A DNA stretch of 55,517 nt from a virus: positions 1 through 55,517 of the IMG/VR virus record IMGVR_UViG_3300045988_099312; one strand, 5' to 3'. Of this stretch, positions 7,421-17,537 are shown piece by piece. A program made the translations under genes and the position numbers. Position 1 is the stretch's first letter, and each line of letters begins with the position of its first letter. The notes below the pieces were generated by a model. It was not told the DNA's origin and did no database searches. It saw only the letters and a program-made list of their open reading frames with translations.

Positions 7421-8545
7421 ATGGAAAAGAAATATGATTACCTCGTCGTCGGCGCTGGATTGTTTGGATCAGTCTTTGCAAGACAGGCAACCAATTCCGG
7501 GAAAAGGGTTCTTGTTATCGAGAGAGAAAAAAATGCTGGTGGTGCATTGAGATGTAGTCAGAAGGAGGGCATCACAGTTCATGCACATGGCGCTCACATT
7601 TTCCACACTGACAGTGAAACGGTATGGAACTATGTAAACCGATATACCTCGTTCATACCTTACAGACATATCGTCGTTGCCCGATGTGGAGATTTCCTGT
7701 ATGAGCTTCCGTTTAACATCAATACCTTTTATCAAGTGTATGGTGTAATCAATCCCAAAGAAGTCAGAGAAATGATTGACACGTTTGGTGCTGAAAATGT
7801 AGATGATTCGACGGTAGAGGGATTCTCCATCAGAAGGCTCGGAACGAAAATGTACGAGACTTTGATTAAAGGTTACACGGAAAAGCAATGGGGGCGTTCA
7901 TGCAAAGAGCTTCCTGCATCGTTGATTGGGAGATTGCCTATTCGCATGTCTTTTGATAACGGATATTTCGCTGACAAGTATCAAGGCATCCCAAAGTCAA
8001 AGGATGGGTATAATGAATTGATCCATAACCTCTTGAACGGGATTGAGGTTAAATATGGGTATGATTGTTTCCACGGGTATAGTGACCCTCTTATAAAGAA
8101 AGCAAAGAAGGTTATTTGTACTGGATCGATTGATGAGTATTTTAATTACTGCTTTGGGGCAATGGCTTACAGAAGCCTATGCCACAGTCACCATATTTAT
8201 GATATTGGGGATTATCAGGGGACTGCTGTAGTGAATTACACATCAAAGGGAATAGCACATACGCGAGTTATCGAGCATAAGCACTTCCGCCCCGATATAA
8301 ATGTTTCAGGAACGATTGTAACATTCGAGTATCCTCTTGAATGGGAGCCTGGCTTACCCCGGTATTATCCAATCAACAATCATGGAAACATGAAGCTATA
8401 TTCGCTGTATGAAGCCCTTGCCAAGAAGGAAGCACCAAATACGATATTCGGAGGGAGGCTCGGGACGTATCGGTATCTCGATATGGATGATACGGTAGCC
8501 GCAGCACTCCAGTTAGCAGATAGAGAACTGAAAGGTGGTGATTAA
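7421..8545 (+). CDS. glf: UDP-galactopyranose mutase (374 aa)
   Basis: N-terminal FAD fold 'YDYLVVGAGLFGSVFA'. 'GGALR...HAHGAHIFHT', 'YTEKQWG' and 'GRLGTYRYLDMD' are characteristic Glf motifs. Confidence 0.85.
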   Translation: MEKKYDYLVVGAGLFGSVFARQATNSGKRVLVIEREKNAGGALRCSQKEGITVHAHGAHIFHTDSETVWNYVNRYTSFIPYRHIVVARCGDFLYELPFNINTFYQVYGVINPKEVREMIDTFGAENVDDSTVEGFSIRRLGTKMYETLIKGYTEKQWGRSCKELPASLIGRLPIRMSFDNGYFADKYQGIPKSKDGYNELIHNLLNGIEVKYGYDCFHGYSDPLIKKAKKVICTGSIDEYFNYCFGAMAYRSLCHSHHIYDIGDYQGTAVVNYTSKGIAHTRVIEHKHFRPDINVSGTIVTFEYPLEWEPGLPRYYPINNHGNMKLYSLYEALAKKEAPNTIFGGRLGTYRYLDMDDTVAAALQLADRELKGGD

Positions 8546-8548
8546 AGA

Positions 8549-9268
8549 ATGAGTGAGTCTGATGATAACGTTGAGAAAGAGAATGAGCGAGAAAAGTCGT
8601 TCAACATTATAGCCAAAGAGCTTTTATCAAAAAAGGTATTCGGTGATAATAACCAAAAAAACCTCGAACGATTCGGTATCGCAAAGGAAGAGCAGAACTA
8701 CAGAACTGCCATTATTGTTCGTCTGCTAGAGAAAGCAGTAACCCAAATAGACATACAGTCTATCAAAGCCTTAAGAGAGCTTGTCGATGGGGAAAAAACG
8801 TTCGATGAGGTTATAGCATCTACGAGTGCTAGAAAGGGTAAAGTAGTAAGACCTATCAAAAAAACACCGACCGACGAGGAATTGGCTGAAGCCCTTGAAA
8901 ACAGCGGCGGTGTTCAAATGAATGCAGTGAAGTACCTACGAGACAACTTTGGCTATATATATTCGCAGCAAGCCATCTCAAAGAGAATGCAGAAGAACCC
9001 CAAGCTAAGGGAATCTGCTGGGATTGGCGTAGAGAAGATGACCGACTTCGTTGAAACAAAATTATTTGAAGCCATCGAAGAAGGGAAACTTCCGGCTATA
9101 TTCTTTTATCTCAAATGTAAGGGAAAGAAACGAGGGTATGTAGAAAAGGTCATTGTCAATGGTGATATGAATCTGAATGTTAAAGAAAATTCAGCAATCC
9201 ACCTATCAGACGAAGATCTGCAGAAGGCAGTGGATGCATTGCTCGAAAAGGATGGTATGAATGAATGA
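8549..9268 (+). CDS. terS: Terminase small subunit (239 aa), putative
   Basis: Lies immediately upstream of the large terminase and overlaps it. HTH-like segment 'NAVKYLRDNFGYIYSQQAISKRM'. Confidence 0.6.
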   Translation: MSESDDNVEKENEREKSFNIIAKELLSKKVFGDNNQKNLERFGIAKEEQNYRTAIIVRLLEKAVTQIDIQSIKALRELVDGEKTFDEVIASTSARKGKVVRPIKKTPTDEELAEALENSGGVQMNAVKYLRDNFGYIYSQQAISKRMQKNPKLRESAGIGVEKMTDFVETKLFEAIEEGKLPAIFFYLKCKGKKRGYVEKVIVNGDMNLNVKENSAIHLSDEDLQKAVDALLEKDGMNE

Positions 9269-10673
9269 GCTTGAGCAAGCGCGATTCGATCTGTATACCG
9301 AAGCTGCTAGAAGATCATTATGGTATTATTGCAGGATAAAAAATCCAAAGTTTTACAGAAGTGATAGAGTCTTTCTGAAAGCTATGTGTGACACCATGCA
9401 GGACTTCCTTACATCGACTAAAAAGGTGCTTGTTATCAACATGCCACCCAGACATGGGAAGAGCTTTACTGCTTCCCATTTTGTCGAATGGATGCTCGGG
9501 AAAGACAGAACCAAAAAGATAATGCTTGGTTCGTACAATGAATCTTTGTCTATGCGTTTTTCGAAACTCGTTAGAAACGATATTAGCGAAATTAAGGGTG
9601 ATCAAAGCAAGATTGTATATAGTGACATATTCCCCGACACTAGAATCAGTAGGGGCGATGGTGCGATGAACCTTTGGAGCCTTGAGGGTTCGTATAACAA
9701 TTACCTTGCCACATCTCCGGGAGGCACAGCCACTGGGTTTGGTGCAGACCTTCTTTGTATCGATGATTTAATCAAGTCATCATCAGAAGCCTATAGCGAA
9801 ACTGCCAAAGATAGTCAATGGGATTGGTTTACGAATACCATGCTGTCACGACTAGAAGAAGGTGGAAAGATTATCGTTATTATGACACGGTGGGCAAGCG
9901 ATGACCTTGCAGGAAGGGTACTTGATTATTTCAAGCCTGAACAGATTGAACATATCAATTACACCGCTGTTCAAAAAGACGGATCGATGCTATGTGAGTC
10001 CATCCTATCGAAAGAAAGTTGTGACCAAAAGAAGCGACTCATGGGACTGGACATTTGGTCAGCTAACTATCAGCAAGAACCTATCGACATCAAAGGGCGT
10101 TTATATACATCGTTTAAAACCTATACGGATGTACCTAGAGACATGGCTGGCTATCCGTTGTTTACCTCAATCAAATCCTACTGCGATACTGCCGACGAAG
10201 GCAGCGACTACCTTTGTAATATCATCTATGGCGTTTACGAAAACGATGCTTATGTTTTAGATGTTTTATACACGCAGAAGCCCATGGAATACACAGAGAG
10301 CGAGACGGCAAAACGCCTCGCTTCTTTTAATGTCCGAATAGCCGACATTGAATCAAACAACGGTGGACGAGGTTTTGCGAGGGCTGTAGAGAAGCAACTC
10401 AAACAGTCTTATCACTACCATCGGTGTAAGATTTGTTGGTTTCATCAAGGTGAAAACAAAAGGGCAAGGATACTGTCTAATAGTACGGCTGTTATGGATC
10501 ATATTTTCTTTCCTGCCAACTGGCAAGACAAGTGGACGGAGTTCTACGACCACCTCCACAAGTTCCAACGGGAAGGGAAAAACGCCCACGATGACGCAGA
10601 GGATGCACTGACTGGTGTTATTGAAAAAATGAACCGGACAGGCATAAAAATCAACCCAATTATTTTGAGATAG
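9261..10673 (+). CDS. terL: Terminase large subunit (470 aa)
   Basis: Walker A-like 'PPRHGKSF', Walker B-like 'LLCIDDL', the 'VIMTRWASDDL' motif and a C-terminal nuclease half with acidic residues. Confidence 0.85.
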   Translation: MNELEQARFDLYTEAARRSLWYYCRIKNPKFYRSDRVFLKAMCDTMQDFLTSTKKVLVINMPPRHGKSFTASHFVEWMLGKDRTKKIMLGSYNESLSMRFSKLVRNDISEIKGDQSKIVYSDIFPDTRISRGDGAMNLWSLEGSYNNYLATSPGGTATGFGADLLCIDDLIKSSSEAYSETAKDSQWDWFTNTMLSRLEEGGKIIVIMTRWASDDLAGRVLDYFKPEQIEHINYTAVQKDGSMLCESILSKESCDQKKRLMGLDIWSANYQQEPIDIKGRLYTSFKTYTDVPRDMAGYPLFTSIKSYCDTADEGSDYLCNIIYGVYENDAYVLDVLYTQKPMEYTESETAKRLASFNVRIADIESNNGGRGFARAVEKQLKQSYHYHRCKICWFHQGENKRARILSNSTAVMDHIFFPANWQDKWTEFYDHLHKFQREGKNAHDDAEDALTGVIEKMNRTGIKINPIILR

Positions 10674-10691
10674 AGAAACAGGGGTGAGAAA

Positions 10692-12155
10692 GTGAAAATT
10701 CGATTTGACATTTTGTCTCGATGGACTAAACCGGGAAAGGATGGCGCAAGGATTGAAAAGTATCAAATCCCGGACACGATTGGCAAGCCTGATTTCAGCA
10801 GGAAGCAGAAAATGGCAATGGATGAATGCTTTGCCCCTGTACGGACATTGCTTTCGCACACGATAGAGGGAATATCAGAGGAAGGGTTGCCGTCATTCCC
10901 CGGATACACGATGCTAACTGGATTGTCCCAAAATCCACTCATTCGAAGCGGCGTTGAGATGAGAGCCAAAGAGATGACCCGTAAGTGGGGGGAAGTGGTT
11001 AGGACAGGGGATAATGCCAATGAAGATAATGATTCGATCAATGAAATCACACGGGCATTGGTAAAGTTCAAGGTCAAGAAGCTATTCCGAATGGCAGCTG
11101 AAAAGAACGGATACCTCGGAGGCTGCCTCCTTTTTATTGATACAGGAGAAGAAACTAGCGAGCTGGTTAATCCGCTTATATTCGATGCTAGGACGTTCCC
11201 TATTGGTTCACTGAAAGGCTTTAAGTTAATAGATCCATATACGGTTTATCCCGGTGTATATAACGCTACTAACCCATTATCACAAAACTACTATAAGCCG
11301 TCGGTATGGTATGTTCAGGGCGTTCCCGTACACTCAAGCAGATTCCTATTCTTCCGAGAAAGCGAGATGGAAGATATGCTGAAACCTGCTTACAACTTTT
11401 TTGGCATGTCATTGTCACAAAAGGTTCTTGATGCAGTCAGTCACTACACCGCAGACAGGGAGAGCGCAAGCAAGCTTCTGAAAAAGGTTAGTCTCGTCAT
11501 TTTGAAAACTGACATGCAGGATGTTTTGACTGGTGGTGGCGACCTTGATCTGAAAAACCGTTGTCAGTATTTCGTGAACAACTGGGACTACGAAGGAATG
11601 GCTGTTATCGATAAAGATACCGAAGATATGGCTATCTTTAATAACACCCTTTCTGGGGTTATCGATATTGTAAGGCAAGCAATGGAATACGTTGCTGCCA
11701 TGTTCAACGAACCTGCCACGAAGATGTGGGGCATGTCACCTGCTGGATTTAATGCCACTGGCGAAAGCGACATGAAGAACCACTACGACAACATAGCATC
11801 CCTTCAAGAGCAGATGTTCAGCGATAACATGCAAAAGATTCTTGAAGTCATTCAGCTTAATCTTTATGGGAGTATTGATAGCGATATTGAGTTCAAATTT
11901 GCACCGTTGTCAGATGAAGCTGACATGGCACAAGCGAACACAAACAAAGTCAAAGCTGAAACTGATTCGATCTATGCAAGTCTCGGTGTAGTTGGAGCAG
12001 ATGAAATCAGAAATAAGCTCATTCAAGATAAGAATAGCGGATATGACGATTTAGTAGCTTATGACACGCCGCTTGATCCATCAAAAATTCCTGAACCTGA
12101 TATTGAGGGGTATAGTCCCGAAGAGCAAGAGGCGATGAAAAATGGAAAGGGATAA
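10692..12155 (+). CDS. Portal protein (487 aa)
   Basis: GTG start after AGGGGTGAG. Size and position directly after terL. DUF1073-type portal-like pattern. Confidence 0.75.
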   Translation: MKIRFDILSRWTKPGKDGARIEKYQIPDTIGKPDFSRKQKMAMDECFAPVRTLLSHTIEGISEEGLPSFPGYTMLTGLSQNPLIRSGVEMRAKEMTRKWGEVVRTGDNANEDNDSINEITRALVKFKVKKLFRMAAEKNGYLGGCLLFIDTGEETSELVNPLIFDARTFPIGSLKGFKLIDPYTVYPGVYNATNPLSQNYYKPSVWYVQGVPVHSSRFLFFRESEMEDMLKPAYNFFGMSLSQKVLDAVSHYTADRESASKLLKKVSLVILKTDMQDVLTGGGDLDLKNRCQYFVNNWDYEGMAVIDKDTEDMAIFNNTLSGVIDIVRQAMEYVAAMFNEPATKMWGMSPAGFNATGESDMKNHYDNIASLQEQMFSDNMQKILEVIQLNLYGSIDSDIEFKFAPLSDEADMAQANTNKVKAETDSIYASLGVVGADEIRNKLIQDKNSGYDDLVAYDTPLDPSKIPEPDIEGYSPEEQEAMKNGKG

Positions 12156-12954
12156 ACGGCGCATCGGACGAACGGCACCCGATTTGGCTACCGAAATTCA
12201 TATGAGGCGAAAGATGCAAGCACTGGTTCGAGCAATGTATAAGGACATTATCGAGCAGGTCAAGCCTGAATATGAGAAGCGTATAGCTATGGATAGCAGA
12301 AATTCTCATATGGCTATGGACGGACTTGATAGACGGTTTATCATTCGTCTTATGAAAAAGTCAAGAATGAAATGGTATCCAAAGTTTGATGAGTTGTCGA
12401 AAGAGCTTGCCCAATGGATGTCAAGAAAGACGTATCGAAGGGCTGACAAGATTATTCTCCAAAAACTGGATGAGTACGGATTCACCGTTCACCGAAATGT
12501 TGAGGAAGGGTATCAAAAAGCAGTCTTAAAGGAAGCAGTCAAAGATAGCGTAGACCTTTGGCACACGTTACCGCAGTATGCTGCCGCACAAGCTCAAACG
12601 ACCATCATGAACGCATACGCCAAAGGTAGAGATATAGGATACCTTACGGAGCAGCTTTCTGATATGGCAGAGATTAGCGCAGAACGGGCGGCACTCATTG
12701 CAAGAGATCAGATGAATAAGACCACCCAAACCATGGCTATTGCTAACGCAAAGTCATATGGCTTGCAAAAGGGTAGATGGATTCACGTCGCAGGAGAACA
12801 CTCAAGCAGGAACACGCATGTTGATTTTGACGGCGAATTGTTTGATCTTGATACAGGTCTGTATGATTCTGACGTAGGTGAATATGTAAAGCCGGGAGAA
12901 CTCATTTATTGTAACTGCCAATTTGTTCCGGTGATTCCTGGCTTTGAGGAATGA
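12142..12954 (+). CDS. Head morphogenesis protein, Mu F / SPP1 gp7 family (270 aa)
   Basis: C-terminal '[23 protein letters not shown]...[14 protein letters not shown]' matches the Mu-F-like minor head protein signature. Follows the portal gene. Confidence 0.75.
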   Translation: MERDKRRIGRTAPDLATEIHMRRKMQALVRAMYKDIIEQVKPEYEKRIAMDSRNSHMAMDGLDRRFIIRLMKKSRMKWYPKFDELSKELAQWMSRKTYRRADKIILQKLDEYGFTVHRNVEEGYQKAVLKEAVKDSVDLWHTLPQYAAAQAQTTIMNAYAKGRDIGYLTEQLSDMAEISAERAALIARDQMNKTTQTMAIANAKSYGLQKGRWIHVAGEHSSRNTHVDFDGELFDLDTGLYDSDVGEYVKPGELIYCNCQFVPVIPGFEE

Positions 12955-12970
12955 GAAAGGGGGTGAAACA

Positions 12971-14152
12971 ATGAACGAAAAGGCAAAAATCATTTTTGAT
13001 GCCGAACCAAAAATGAGAACAATTGACAGCAACGGCTATATGCATGTTAAGCTCACTCCTATTTCTAAGGCTTGCGTAAACCCTTACCTTGGATCAGAAA
13101 TTCCGGATGGGGAAGCGCATGGGTGTAAGCCCGATGAAATTTACTACGCACTTCGAGACCCGGATGAACTTAAAAAGGCAACAGACACATTCAACGGCTT
13201 GCCGCTGTTAATGGATCACCACGAAATCAATGCCGATAATCCTGCCAAGCAATTTCAAGTGGGAAGTACAGGGACGGATGCTGTATTCGATGGGAAGTAT
13301 TTAAAAAATAGCTTATCAATCACAGATTCAGAAGCTATCAAAGCTATCGAAGATGGAAGTGCAAAGGAAATCTCTTGTGCATATGCCTATGATGCAGATT
13401 TCACACCGGGTGAGTTCGAAGGTGTTCCTTATGATTTCGTCATAAGAAACATCAGAGGAAACCACGTGGCACTTGTCGCAGAAGGAAGAGCTGGTCATGA
13501 TGTGAAAGTTGCTGATAGTATTTCAAAAGTAAAGGAGAAACTGGAAATGGAAAAAAAGAAAGCAGAAGAAAAGAAGAAGTCACAACAAAAAGCCATGGAC
13601 GAAAACACCGTCCCGGAAACTAACGAAGTTCCTACTCCTGCGCCGGGAGAAGATGAAATTCCGGAAGGCGTAGAAAGACAGGAAGCGCCAAAGAGCAATG
13701 ACGAACCTCAAAAGACAGAAGATTCAGACGAAGAAGTCAAGATCAACACTGACTCCGATGATTACAAAGCTGGATATGCCGCTGGGCTGAAAGCTAGTCA
13801 AGATACTGGTGGTGAAAAGCAGGTGGACAAAATCACTGGTGATAGTCTTGAGAAGGTTAAAGAGAAAGCAAAGATGGAAGCCATTGAACACGTTCGCAAA
13901 CTTAGCAAAGCAGCTAAAGAATGTGAATTTGCTATCGGTCGCCAAGACGCTCTTGCTTTTGATAGTGCTACCGACATTTATGAACTTGCACTCAAGCAAA
14001 AGGGATTTGATACTTCCAAGTATCCAAAAGAAGCCTATGCATCTATGGTGGCAGTTCTCGGGAAGCAGGAAAATAAAGGTATTGCAAACGATAGCAATAT
14101 TCCGGCAGTTGATGAAGAGCTTCCGGATACGCTCAAGGGCTATCTCGATTAA
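12971..14152 (+). CDS. Scaffold / prohead-core protein (DUF2213-like N-terminus, acidic and Lys-rich C-terminal half)
   Basis: RBS AAGGGGGTGA. Lies between the head-morphogenesis and capsid genes. Has a low-complexity EK-rich centre. Confidence 0.6.
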   Translation: MNEKAKIIFDAEPKMRTIDSNGYMHVKLTPISKACVNPYLGSEIPDGEAHGCKPDEIYYALRDPDELKKATDTFNGLPLLMDHHEINADNPAKQFQVGSTGTDAVFDGKYLKNSLSITDSEAIKAIEDGSAKEISCAYAYDADFTPGEFEGVPYDFVIRNIRGNHVALVAEGRAGHDVKVADSISKVKEKLEMEKKKAEEKKKSQQKAMDENTVPETNEVPTPAPGEDEIPEGVERQEAPKSNDEPQKTEDSDEEVKINTDSDDYKAGYAAGLKASQDTGGEKQVDKITGDSLEKVKEKAKMEAIEHVRKLSKAAKECEFAIGRQDALAFDSATDIYELALKQKGFDTSKYPKEAYASMVAVLGKQENKGIANDSNIPAVDEELPDTLKGYLD

Positions 14153-14171
14153 CATTACAGGAGGTTAATTT

Positions 14172-14648
14172 ATGGCAGTCGAATTTCAAAAAACTATCAA
14201 CGCGGATATTGCGCGTGGTATTCCCGGTGCTTTTGCAAGCATCAATCCGCATGTATCCACTCCGAAGGGATATATCGCAGGTAAAGACGTCGGTATCGGT
14301 ACATTCGTATGGACTACCGATGATTTTACGGTAGAGAACACTGGCACTGGTACTCCGCTCGGATTCGTCCACCGTGTCAATGCCTATACCTTCCAAAACA
14401 TCACTCAAGGGGCATCCGATAAAGTCCCGGAAGGTCAAGCAGTAGACGTTCTTGTCGCAGGTGATTTCTTCGCTCTCACCGCAGCACAAGCTACTAGAGG
14501 TCAAAAGGTATTCGCCAAGACCACCGACGGCACGATTGTACCGGGCAATAAGGGCGCAACTGTAGAAGATGCAGTCGAAACGAACTTTTATTTTGCCGAA
14601 GATGTTAAGGCTGGCGAAGTCGGCATTATCACTAGCGTAGCTATTTAA
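14172..14648 (+). CDS. Auxiliary capsid / head decoration protein (158 aa), putative
   Basis: RBS AGGAGG. Lies immediately upstream of the major capsid gene. Confidence 0.45.
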   Translation: MAVEFQKTINADIARGIPGAFASINPHVSTPKGYIAGKDVGIGTFVWTTDDFTVENTGTGTPLGFVHRVNAYTFQNITQGASDKVPEGQAVDVLVAGDFFALTAAQATRGQKVFAKTTDGTIVPGNKGATVEDAVETNFYFAEDVKAGEVGIITSVAI

Positions 14649-14665
14649 TCAGGAGGTTAAGCCAT

Positions 14666-15679
14666 ATGAATGATTTCCAAAAGCTGAAAAATAAAGGCAT
14701 TATCTTTGATTCAGCGAAACATTTTATCACCGAAAAGAACCGTGCACAACTTGCACAGGATGCAGCACTCACTACTCCGGCTAACAGCGGTATTCCGGGG
14801 ATCTTCACAAACTACCTTGATTCAAAGATTATTGATATTCTTCTTGCCCCACGCAATGCAAGACAGATTTTCCCAGAAACCAAGAAGGGCGATTGGACTA
14901 CAGATTATGCGGTATTCCGTACTGTTGAACCTGTCGGAAGCGTAACTCCGTACACTGATTACGGCAATGGCGCTTCTGCTGATACGAATGTCGCTTACCC
15001 GACCCGTCAGCAGTATGTAGGACAAACCACTATTAAGTACGGCGACCTCGAGCAGGAACGTTCTGCACGCGCCATGATTGACCTTGTGTCTCAAAAGCAG
15101 ACCGCAGCTGCTACCGTCATTGACATTGCGGCTAATAAAATCGATCTTCTCGGTATTGAGGGCATGTCTATTTATGGTCTGATTAACGAGCCGAACATTC
15201 CGGCAGCACTTACTCCGGAGTCTGTAGGTGGCAAGACTGCATGGAGCGACAAGTCCACTAAAGACATCTATAATGATATTCTGAAACTCTTTAAACAGAT
15301 TATCACCGCATCCAAGGGTCTTATCAATCAGACTGATGCCTTCGTCCTTGCAGTTGCTCCTGGCACTGCCGTGGAACTGGGAAAAGCAACTGACTACAAT
15401 GTTTCCGTATGGGACATGGTGAAGAAGTATTCCCCGAATGTAGACATCGTAACCCTGCCGGAACTTGCATCAGCAACTTCCGGGGATGCAGTCATGCTTA
15501 TTGCAAAACAGGTTCAGGGACTTCCTACCGCAGAACTCGGTTATTCCGAAAAGATGCGTGCAATGCGACTGATTCCGCATTCTTCTTACTATGAACAGAA
15601 ATTTGCATTCGGTTCATACGGTGCAATTCTTTATAGACCGTTCGCTATTGCCAAGATGACTGGCGTTAGCTCAACTTGA
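14666..15679 (+). CDS. Major capsid protein (337 aa)
   Basis: RBS AGGAGG. Size and position fit. Followed by a strong terminator. DUF2184/encapsulin-like capsid pattern. Confidence 0.75.
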   Translation: MNDFQKLKNKGIIFDSAKHFITEKNRAQLAQDAALTTPANSGIPGIFTNYLDSKIIDILLAPRNARQIFPETKKGDWTTDYAVFRTVEPVGSVTPYTDYGNGASADTNVAYPTRQQYVGQTTIKYGDLEQERSARAMIDLVSQKQTAAATVIDIAANKIDLLGIEGMSIYGLINEPNIPAALTPESVGGKTAWSDKSTKDIYNDILKLFKQIITASKGLINQTDAFVLAVAPGTAVELGKATDYNVSVWDMVKKYSPNVDIVTLPELASATSGDAVMLIAKQVQGLPTAELGYSEKMRAMRLIPHSSYYEQKFAFGSYGAILYRPFAIAKMTGVSST

Positions 15680-15711
15680 TTTTTATTTAATGTTTTCACA
15701 AATGTAGAAGC

Positions 15712-15743
15712 AAGGGACTACACAGGTAGTCCCTTATTTTTCT
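15712..15743 (+). terminator. Rho-independent terminator after the capsid gene
   Basis: 10-bp stem AAGGGACTAC / GTAGTCCCTT, loop ACAG, then ATTTTTCT. Confidence 0.8.
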
Positions 15744-15766
15744 GCATATAGCACTCGGAGGAGAAA

Positions 15767-16255
15767 ATGGCATACAGAAAAAAGACACAGGAAGTAAAAG
15801 AAGAAACCGTGGTTACACCCGACGTTGTTTCTAGTGAAGAAGTTGAAACTCAAGTTATTAACACGAACGAAAAAGCCAAAAAGGTTATTAAAGAGAATGT
15901 AGCCGGAGAAACTGTTATGGTTGCATACAACGGTGTTCATTCTCAAGTGTTTGATGTTCCGTGCAAGGGTCAGATTAAGAGAGTGGTCATCAAAGGGAAT
16001 AATGCCGATCTGATTGGCAAACCGAAGGGTGAACTCTATGCAGGAGGCTATGGGCTTACACAGGTGGATAAAGAGGCGTGGGACTGGATTTCCAAAACCT
16101 ATAAAAACTGGCCTCCGATTAAAAATGGGCTCATGTTCGCTTCTACATCAGCAAAAGTGGCAGATGCTGCACAAGAAAGAGCAGACCTTCGGAATGGCTA
16201 TGAACCGCTTGAACGGCAATGCATTCGTGGTGTAGAAGAAAAAGGAACTACCTAA
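15767..16255 (+). CDS. Hypothetical virion-module protein (162 aa)
   Basis: RBS GGAGGAG. ORF track entry. Confidence 0.7.
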   Translation: MAYRKKTQEVKEETVVTPDVVSSEEVETQVINTNEKAKKVIKENVAGETVMVAYNGVHSQVFDVPCKGQIKRVVIKGNNADLIGKPKGELYAGGYGLTQVDKEAWDWISKTYKNWPPIKNGLMFASTSAKVADAAQERADLRNGYEPLERQCIRGVEEKGTT

Positions 16256-16256
16256 G

Positions 16257-16649
16257 ATGAACGGCGTTGTTGAATTTGATGTAGAGGACTTTAAGAAAAC
16301 TCATCCCGAAATGAATAATGTGGATGATGATATTCTTTCGTCCTTGTTTGGAAATGCCTGTCTGCTACTAGACAATACAGAAAATTCAAGAGTGCAAGGT
16401 TTGAACGAAAGAAAGCTGCTACTATACCTGCTTATTCTTCACCTCTACTACCTTTCGGAAAGAGGGGGACAGGCGGTTGGACTCATGACAGGTGCAAGCG
16501 AAGGGAATGTATCAGCTTCATTTGCTGGACTGAATAACGCGAACTGGTATCAACAAACTCAATGGGGCGCATTGTACTGGCAAGCGACAGCAAAGTATAG
16601 GAGAGGAGTGAGGTATATTGCTCCAAGTCGTAACCGTTCGCCGTGGTAA
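16257..16649 (+). CDS. Head-tail adaptor (DUF4054-like), putative
   Basis: 130 aa. Position in the connector block. N-terminal 'F..F...P.......DDIL' pattern. Confidence 0.5.
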   Translation: MNGVVEFDVEDFKKTHPEMNNVDDDILSSLFGNACLLLDNTENSRVQGLNERKLLLYLLILHLYYLSERGGQAVGLMTGASEGNVSASFAGLNNANWYQQTQWGALYWQATAKYRRGVRYIAPSRNRSPW

Positions 16650-17112
16650 GGTGCTAGACAAATATCTCAAGAAAATAGCTCAAATTAGAACTGGGGCAAA
16701 AGTTGGTATCTTAAATGGAGCTACCTACCCTGATGGGTTAAGCGTTGCTACCGTTGCGTATATCAATGAAAACGGGGAAATGGGCAATCCGCGTAGACCG
16801 TTTATGCACCGCACAATGGAACAAAATGGCGAGAAATGGGTCAAGGGCATCAAGAGTACATTCAATGGAAATTTTAGCGAAGCGAACGTTATTAAAGCGT
16901 ATGATTTTGCCGGACAAGTCGCGAAGGCTGACATGATAAACACCATAAAAAAATGGTCGCCCGATGATCCACGCCCCAATGCACCTGCAACGATAGCTGC
17001 CAAAGCGCGTAAGGCACGCAGCGGAAAAGGAACCACAGGAATAGACCCTAACCGGGTACTTATCGATACAACGACGATGATTCAGTCTATTGATTATGAG
17101 GTAGTCAAATGA
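16618..17112 (+). CDS. Head closure / HK97 gp10-like connector protein, putative
   Basis: TTG start after GGAGTGAGG. 164 aa in the connector block. Confidence 0.5.
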   Translation: MLQVVTVRRGKVLDKYLKKIAQIRTGAKVGILNGATYPDGLSVATVAYINENGEMGNPRRPFMHRTMEQNGEKWVKGIKSTFNGNFSEANVIKAYDFAGQVAKADMINTIKKWSPDDPRPNAPATIAAKARKARSGKGTTGIDPNRVLIDTTTMIQSIDYEVVK

Positions 17113-17537
17113 ATTTACATCACATTGTCAGAGGCATCATACAGACCGTACACAAGGATGAACCATGCTACCTGATACAAGCGATTGGTCAATCGAATGT
17201 TAAGGGCATCGTTACTCCTGTTTACAAGAAACCTTTTAAGATACTTGCACAAATTCAGCCTGCCGGAAGCGAGACATTGCAAATGCTGGAAACGTTCAAT
17301 GTCGGTGGTGAATCCATGCAAGCTTTCCTCTATTCAGATCCCACCTTACCCGTGGCAAGCGTCAATCGCTTACCGCTAACTCGAGGGGGAGATATTGTTA
17401 AGAGGAAGGATGGAACATTTTGGCTCGTCACTGCTGTATTGTCGGACTGGACAGAAGAGGGGTGGGCGTGCGTTGCAATCACACGTCAGACAAGTCATCC
17501 AGACTTCTCGAATAGCGATTGGGGGGATTCAGATTGA
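17109..17537 (+). CDS. Tail completion / connector protein, putative (142 aa)
   Basis: ATGA overlap with the upstream gene. ORF track entry. Confidence 0.5.
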   Translation: MNLHHIVRGIIQTVHKDEPCYLIQAIGQSNVKGIVTPVYKKPFKILAQIQPAGSETLQMLETFNVGGESMQAFLYSDPTLPVASVNRLPLTRGGDIVKRKDGTFWLVTAVLSDWTEEGWACVAITRQTSHPDFSNSDWGDSD

